Positions 34,923-40,283 of a stretch of 40,283 nucleotides of DNA are shown piece by piece (position 1 is the stretch's first letter; every line of letters starts with the position of its first letter). The stretch covers positions 43,029,649 to 43,069,931 of the forward strand of contig NC_068999.1 of assembly GCF_001194135.2 (NCBI RefSeq), read 5' to 3'. A program made the translations under genes and the position numbers. The DNA comes from Octopus bimaculoides. Its lineage: Eukaryota. The notes under the pieces were generated by a model, which was not told where the DNA came from, made no database searches, and was given only the letters and a program-made list of their open reading frames with translations.

Positions 34923-35433
34923 AGTACCAGGCGGTGATACATTGTGTTATTGCTACATAGTCGTTGAACTTACATTAGATTCAACGATCCTTCTGACAGG
35001 TCTAGTTTTTAGTTCTGTTGGGTTTCTAGCAAACCTACTAACCAGAGATACCTAGTGGGGGTGCCGGTTTGGTCACCGACGACCCAACCACGCTATAGGT
35101 TGTATTGGTTTCCATGTTACCAGTAGCACCAATGAGAGACCTCACAAGTGACCCTGAAATATATTTGCAGTGGGATTGTATCAGTAAACCGATCGTAGTG
35201 GTATAACGAAGCCCTTTCACCAAATAGTTGCGAAGGAGACACACGGAAGAAAAAAAAGAGGACAGACAGAAAATGCACATGATGTTAGAATCCGCAACCG
35301 ATATGCCACGGAAAACTGGTGTGCCACGAGACGATGCTAGGTGTGCCGCAGTGTAACCTGAATATAATTTTTTCCCTTCACGTTTAGCGATATTTTCAGT
35401 TTTGGCGTGCCGCCGAATTTTGAAAAGAATATA

Positions 35434-35571
35434 CAGTAATCGCTCGCCATCTCGCGGTTCACTTATCGCGGTTTATCATTTAAACTTACGTCGATTCCTC
35501 TGTGGTATTGTTTTGCATTTATAATAAAATAAATATATACAAATTATAAAAATAATAATAAGAATAATAAT

Positions 35572-35607
<36 letters not shown>

Positions 35608-35752
35608 TGGTGCTCCAGCATGACCACAGTCAAATGACTGAAACAAGTAAAAGAAAAGTAAAAGAATATACAGTACAGCCTCTACTTCGCGGATTTTCGT
35701 CTATCGCGGGAGGTTTGGGAATGTAACACCCACAATAGTCGAAGGATTACTG
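35434..35752 (-). mobile_element. Tigger/pogo-like (Tc1/mariner) MITE, full-length, TA target-site duplication
   Basis: Seen: TA|CAGTAATCGCTCGCC...CGAAGGATTACTG|TA, with terminal inverted CAGTAATC..TCG. Confidence 0.85.
35606..35668 (+). mobile_element. SINE family B solo 3' tail nested in the MITE
   Basis: Seen: GGTGGTGCTCCAGCATGACCACAGTCAAATGACTGAAACAAGTAAAAG after (TA)n. Confidence 0.88.
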
Positions 35753-36499
35753 TAAGTGTACCATAAGTGCAAAAAGGTTGCGGAGCACTGTGCTAGATTA
35801 TCAAAACTATGTAGAACCAGAAAGAAATAAACCACCGCCGCTTCTAGATGCTTTTCGTCTGCTGCTCAAATTTTTGTGAGCTTTTTAGTACTACATATCT
35901 ATACGAGATGCTTTCTCAAAACGAATTCGGAAGTGTTGGAGGCTTTCTACAGTATATCCACATTAAGTTAGATATACAGATAGCTATTAAAAACCATATG
36001 AATCCAGGGATTGAAATCTCTCACTCGAAGTTACCCGGTTTAAATTATTCACTCCCTTAAAAGTACAGTTCTCTTCGCTTTGTTTGATTTTTAGAAATTT
36101 ATCAGAGTAAAACAGTATCATTTAATTAATTAATTTATAAATTTTAATAAATACATAAATATTACATAATTTTAAAATGTTGACGTCAGAAATCCTTACC
36201 ATTATTATTACATTATTATTATTATCATTATTATCATCATCATCTATGTATTTTTTGTTATTTTCGTATATGGCATCATTCAATGACGTCATTAATCGAT
36301 TTAGTTAATAAAATTTGTTGTAACCATCATTCATCTCACAGAACAAACAGTCTAACAACCGCGAATCGCAGCGGTGACATACGTAAACTGTTCCCATCTA
36401 CATTTGTGTGTGTGTGTGTGTGTGCGTGCGTGTGCGCGTCATGTGTCTTTATTGGTAAGTATACATGTGTGTGTATATATATGTGTGTACGTATGCATG

Positions 36500-36577
<78 letters not shown>

Positions 36578-36644
36578 GAGAGAGAGAGAGAGACGTATAT
36601 ACACCTATATAAATATATAAACACGTTTGTATACATATGTGCCC

Positions 36645-36679
<35 letters not shown>

Positions 36680-37350
36680 TACATATGTGCGCGCATAGGT
36701 TTATATATGTATGTATATATATATATGCATACATTTGTGCACACATGAGTTTTATGCACAATTTTAAGTGTGCATAGTATATATTATATACACACACACA
36801 CACACGCATATATATATTTAAATCTTACATGTTCACGAAACTTTTATACACACATAAAAGAGGAGAGAAAGAGAGAGGCGAAAGCTAGTAAGAACAGAAA
36901 CAAAAACAGAAACAAAACAAAAAACAATCCAAAAATCTAACCTCATACACTCGTATATATATGTCCATTAGAAACTATGATGATATATGCTAACAAATAT
37001 TGCATTAGCCATTCGATAAAATGCATGTATGAAAGAAGGTAATTGGATATCAAAACAATTATGACATACCAGATAAATCATGGAGACATATCTGATCACA
37101 TGACGTTTGGGAAACGTAGGCGACAAGTCTTTCTGCAATGTGTATATAGTAAGACAGAACAAATGTTGCTAGGAAATCTGTCAGAGAATTGAAGTCTAGT
37201 GAATTGTCGAGCTATACGAAAGAGCCTTGCACGTATTGCGAGAATATGGTGTGTGTGGGAATGAGTGACGAAGGGAAAGTGATGTACACACAAACACACA
37301 GAGACACATACACACGCATGCACACATACAGACACATATCTATCTATCCA

Positions 37351-37386
<36 letters not shown>

Positions 37387-37477
37387 TGCATGCATTTATA
37401 CACACACATGCATGCATGCATAAATACATACATACATACATACATACGCACATACACACACATAATACATTGTGGTG

Positions 37478-37620
37478 GCGGGGACACTGCTAAAGAAAGA
37501 TCCGAACAAGAGGAACTCACAGATAACTTCAGGTCTATCACTCTGTTCAACGCAGACTTGAAGATTTTGGCCAAGGTATTAGCCGAGAGGTTGACCATTG
37601 TCATCGAGAAACTGATCGAT
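37478..37620 (+). mobile_element. L1/Tx1-like LINE RT N-terminal fragment, frameshifted
   Basis: Translation TLLKKDPNK/...DNFRSITLFNADLKILAKVLAERLTIVIEKLI matches the established non-LTR RT motif (N[YF]RPI.LLN.D.KILAK.LA.RL). Confidence 0.88.
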
Positions 37621-37692
37621 GTGTGTGATTCAGTGAGATCGATTTGATTTTTCTTTGAGTTATAATATACAGCGAAATGAAGAAATAAACAG

Positions 37693-37752
37693 TAGGTGTC
37701 TGGTTAAGAAGTTCGGTTTAAAAATTCTTGTGGTTCCTGGTTTCGATTCGAT
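37693..37752 (+). mobile_element. degenerate SINE family B head
   Basis: Seen: GTAGGTGTCTGGTTAAGAAGTT...GTGGTTCCTGGTTTCGATTC, resembling 23101-23160. Confidence 0.5.
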
Positions 37753-38914
37753 CTCAGTGATGGGGAGACAAAGCTTTTTCAACTAGAGTTTGAAAAAGCC
37801 TACTTTGTCGAAACTTCGATGTCGGTTTCATCTTAGTAAGTGAATAAATAAATAAATATTCGGTCTATTTCACGGCTTTTAGTTCTTATTCTGTTGATGG
37901 TGGTTTTGCTTTGATATATAAATAAGGACGAGGAGACTGAGTGAGGAAGAGGGAGAGAGAGAGCGAGAGAGAGAGAGAGGAGTTAGACACACAGAAAGAT
38001 ACACACATACACACACACACCCACACAAGTGAACGAAGGGATAGATAGAGAGAGAGAGAGAGAGTAAGAGAGAGGGAGTAGGTAGATAGAAAGAGAGATA
38101 CACAGAGAGAGATAGGTAGGTGGATAGATAGAAAGACAGACAAATAGATAGAGAGATAGAGAGCGAGAGACCGACAGACAAACACACACACACATATATA
38201 TACACACATAGAACTGAATAAATAGATGAAAAGACAGAAAGACAATTAGATAGAGAGATGCATAGATACAAGTACATACATACATACATACACACACTCA
38301 CACAGAGATAAATTAGAGATTGATAGATGCATATGCACATACATTTATAGCAGTAAGGATAGACAGATACACAAATACATGCATAGATGCATACACACAT
38401 AGATGAATATTAGGGATAGATATACATACAGACACGTTCACAAAAGCCTAGATAGACAGACAGACGGACGGACAGTTACATAGATGAATGGAATGAAGTA
38501 AGAGATTGGTATTGTATGAGTTTATATATTTCCTTTCTGTACTGGCCGCCTTTGATCTTAAATGTTCTCTACTCTCTCTATCTCTCTCTCTACATTTTAT
38601 ACGTCTATGTTCATCTCTATGCACATGAAACCCTTAACCCCAAACGCATCATTTTCTGGACACAAACATCCTCACCTCTTACCCTTGCGCTATTAGGGTT
38701 GCTTTCACTCCTAAGATGGCGAGGTAACACGATCGCTCTTAGAAAGTAAAGCCAGTATTATTACTATTATTACTATTATAACTATTATTATTGTTATTAT
38801 TATTATTATTATTGTTATTATTATTATCAAGTGTCAGGTTTTTACTTTTGGTTTTCTATTATTACATAATTCCATTCACATCTTAGAATGCTTTGTAGAA
38901 TGGAATACTGAAAT

Positions 38915-39080
38915 GGCACCAGTACTTCTCTGGTACGTTTGTTTATATCAACCCAGCGAGGATGAAAGGCAAGGTTTGACCTTGGTATGATTTGAACTCA
39001 AAACTTAAATGGCTCTGTCTTAAAACACAGCATGCATTTTCGTTTTATCCAGTGCTCAAACGATTCGGCTGGTCAATCCA
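38915..39080 (-). mobile_element. SINE family A, degenerate copy
   Basis: Seen: GGATGAAAGGCAAGGTTTGACCTTGGTATGATTTGAACTCAAAAC. Confidence 0.7.
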
Positions 39081-39159
39081 CTGTCTGAAATCGGTGGAGT
39101 GTCGACGAACAAAACTTGTTTTGTGGTATCTAGTTAGGTTTTTTTTTTCTATACATAAT

Positions 39160-39405
39160 CAAACAGCCATAACGTAAGTTCAAATCCCGGTAAAATCCAC
39201 TGTGCCTTTCATCTTTGATAAATCGATGAAATATGTGCATCCAGTTAAGTATTGGAATAGACGTAATCGATTATATCCGACCATAACCAATTTCAGAAAC
39301 CAATGTATATGTGTGGATGGTAGAATGGTTCGCGCAATGAGATAAATGCATTGCGACATTTAAAAGTTGCAGCCGTTTAACTTCTGAGTTCAAATCCCGA
39401 CGGGT
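39160..39405 (+). mobile_element. SINE family A, degenerate copy plus a second degenerate head
   Basis: Seen: AAGTTCAAATCCCGG...TGTGCCTTTCATCTTT...GTAATCGATT, and TTCTGAGTTCAAATCCCG at about 39382. Confidence 0.55.
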
Positions 39406-39699
39406 ACCACTAGGAGGTGAGGGTTCGAAAAAACAACTGGATAATTTTCAATCTGGTAGACAAATCGATTAATTAATTTTTTGTAAAATAGAAACTTTTG
39501 TCAACAAGTAAAAAATGTTCTATATGACACATTCTACCAGTGTCCGAAGTTTCAAAGTGTTTCGTTAAAAAAAAATTAATTAATCGACTTGGCTATCAGA
39601 TTGAAAGGATCCAACAACTGCCATATATGGACTGGCAGATGAGATGGCTAAAATCCATTTCCAAAAATGTATGGCATTGTGCTTAATTTAGAAATCGTC

Positions 39700-40283
39700 A
39701 TCACTACCACCACCACAACCGCCGCCATCATCATCGTATTCATCATCATCGTCATCATCTCTACCAACATAAGCAACATCGCCATCCTCATCATCATCAT
39801 CAACCTCATCATTATCACTATTATTATCATCATCATCATCATCGTCATCGTCGTCGTCGGCATTATCATCACCATCAGTTGTAATAGTGGTGGTGGTGGT
39901 GTTGGTAGTAGTAGTAGTAGTAGTAGTAGTAGTAATGGCTGCGGGGTGTTGGCGTTTATGTCGGTGGCACCAACGTTGACCGCGGCACCAGCTGTGATGA
40001 TGGCGTCCCCATTATTATTATCGTTGCTTTGAAGGCGTTGGTGTTTAGTAGATGGTATGGGTGGTAGTGTTTGTGGTGGTGGTGCTACTTCTGGCGATAA
40101 TCATGAAGATTGACCAAGGAAACGGTTGCCGTCGGTATGGGGAGGAAGTGGTAGTGGCAGAGGTGGTGGTGATGTTGGTCTTGTGGTGGTGATGGTGGTA
40201 GTGGTGGTAGTTGCATTGTGGTCTTATGGTGGCGATGGTCTTATGGTCTAGCGGTGATGGTGGTGGTGGTGGTGGTGGTGGTG
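39700..40283. repeat. (CAT)/(AGT)/(GGT) trinucleotide low-complexity region
   Basis: Seen directly. Confidence 0.92.

Larger units (their letters stand above)
35291..35790 (+). mobile_element. hAT (Charlie-like) non-autonomous element hosting a nested MITE
   Basis: Seen: left TCCGCAACC and right GGTTGCGGAGCACTG are inverted; internal GGTGTGCCAC/GGTGTGCCGC subterminal repeats; flanks TGTTAGAA and TGCTAGAT (6/8, possible 8-bp TSD). The superfamily is inferred. Confidence 0.55.

Noticed and set aside
38713-38729. AAGATGGCG (YY1- or start-like) followed by AG|GTAAC
   Set aside because: No CpG-rich promoter context and no supporting downstream exon.

Overview
AT-rich, microsatellite-saturated eukaryotic DNA with six N-gaps (about 2.4 kb in total). 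The SINE repertoire and microsatellite style suggest an octopus (coleoid cephalopod) genome; this is an inference from recognising repeats, not a search result. I cannot support any intact protein-coding gene. Almost all ORFs in the track are translations of microsatellites or N-runs. The recognisable content is: (1) one intact-looking elongator tRNA-Met(CAT) gene at 27518-27602 with a 12-nt insertion at the canonical 37/38 intron position and a T5 terminator, preceded 28 bp upstream by a ~123-bp fold-back element containing hammerhead-ribozyme-like motifs; (2) two R4/Dong-like non-LTR retrotransposon 3' fragments with a restriction-like endonuclease, next to TAA-type microsatellites; (3) two L1/Tx1-like RT fragments; (4) many copies of two tRNA-derived SINE families plus a third dispersed repeat, arranged in tandem, inverted and nested configurations; (5) Tc1/mariner-type and hAT-type non-autonomous DNA elements, including a triple nest at 35283-35798; (6) a few unvalidated micro-exon candidates and clusters of transcription-factor-like motifs. 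The window reads as intronic or intergenic DNA. The intron-containing tRNA-Met and its upstream hairpin are the most unusual observations.
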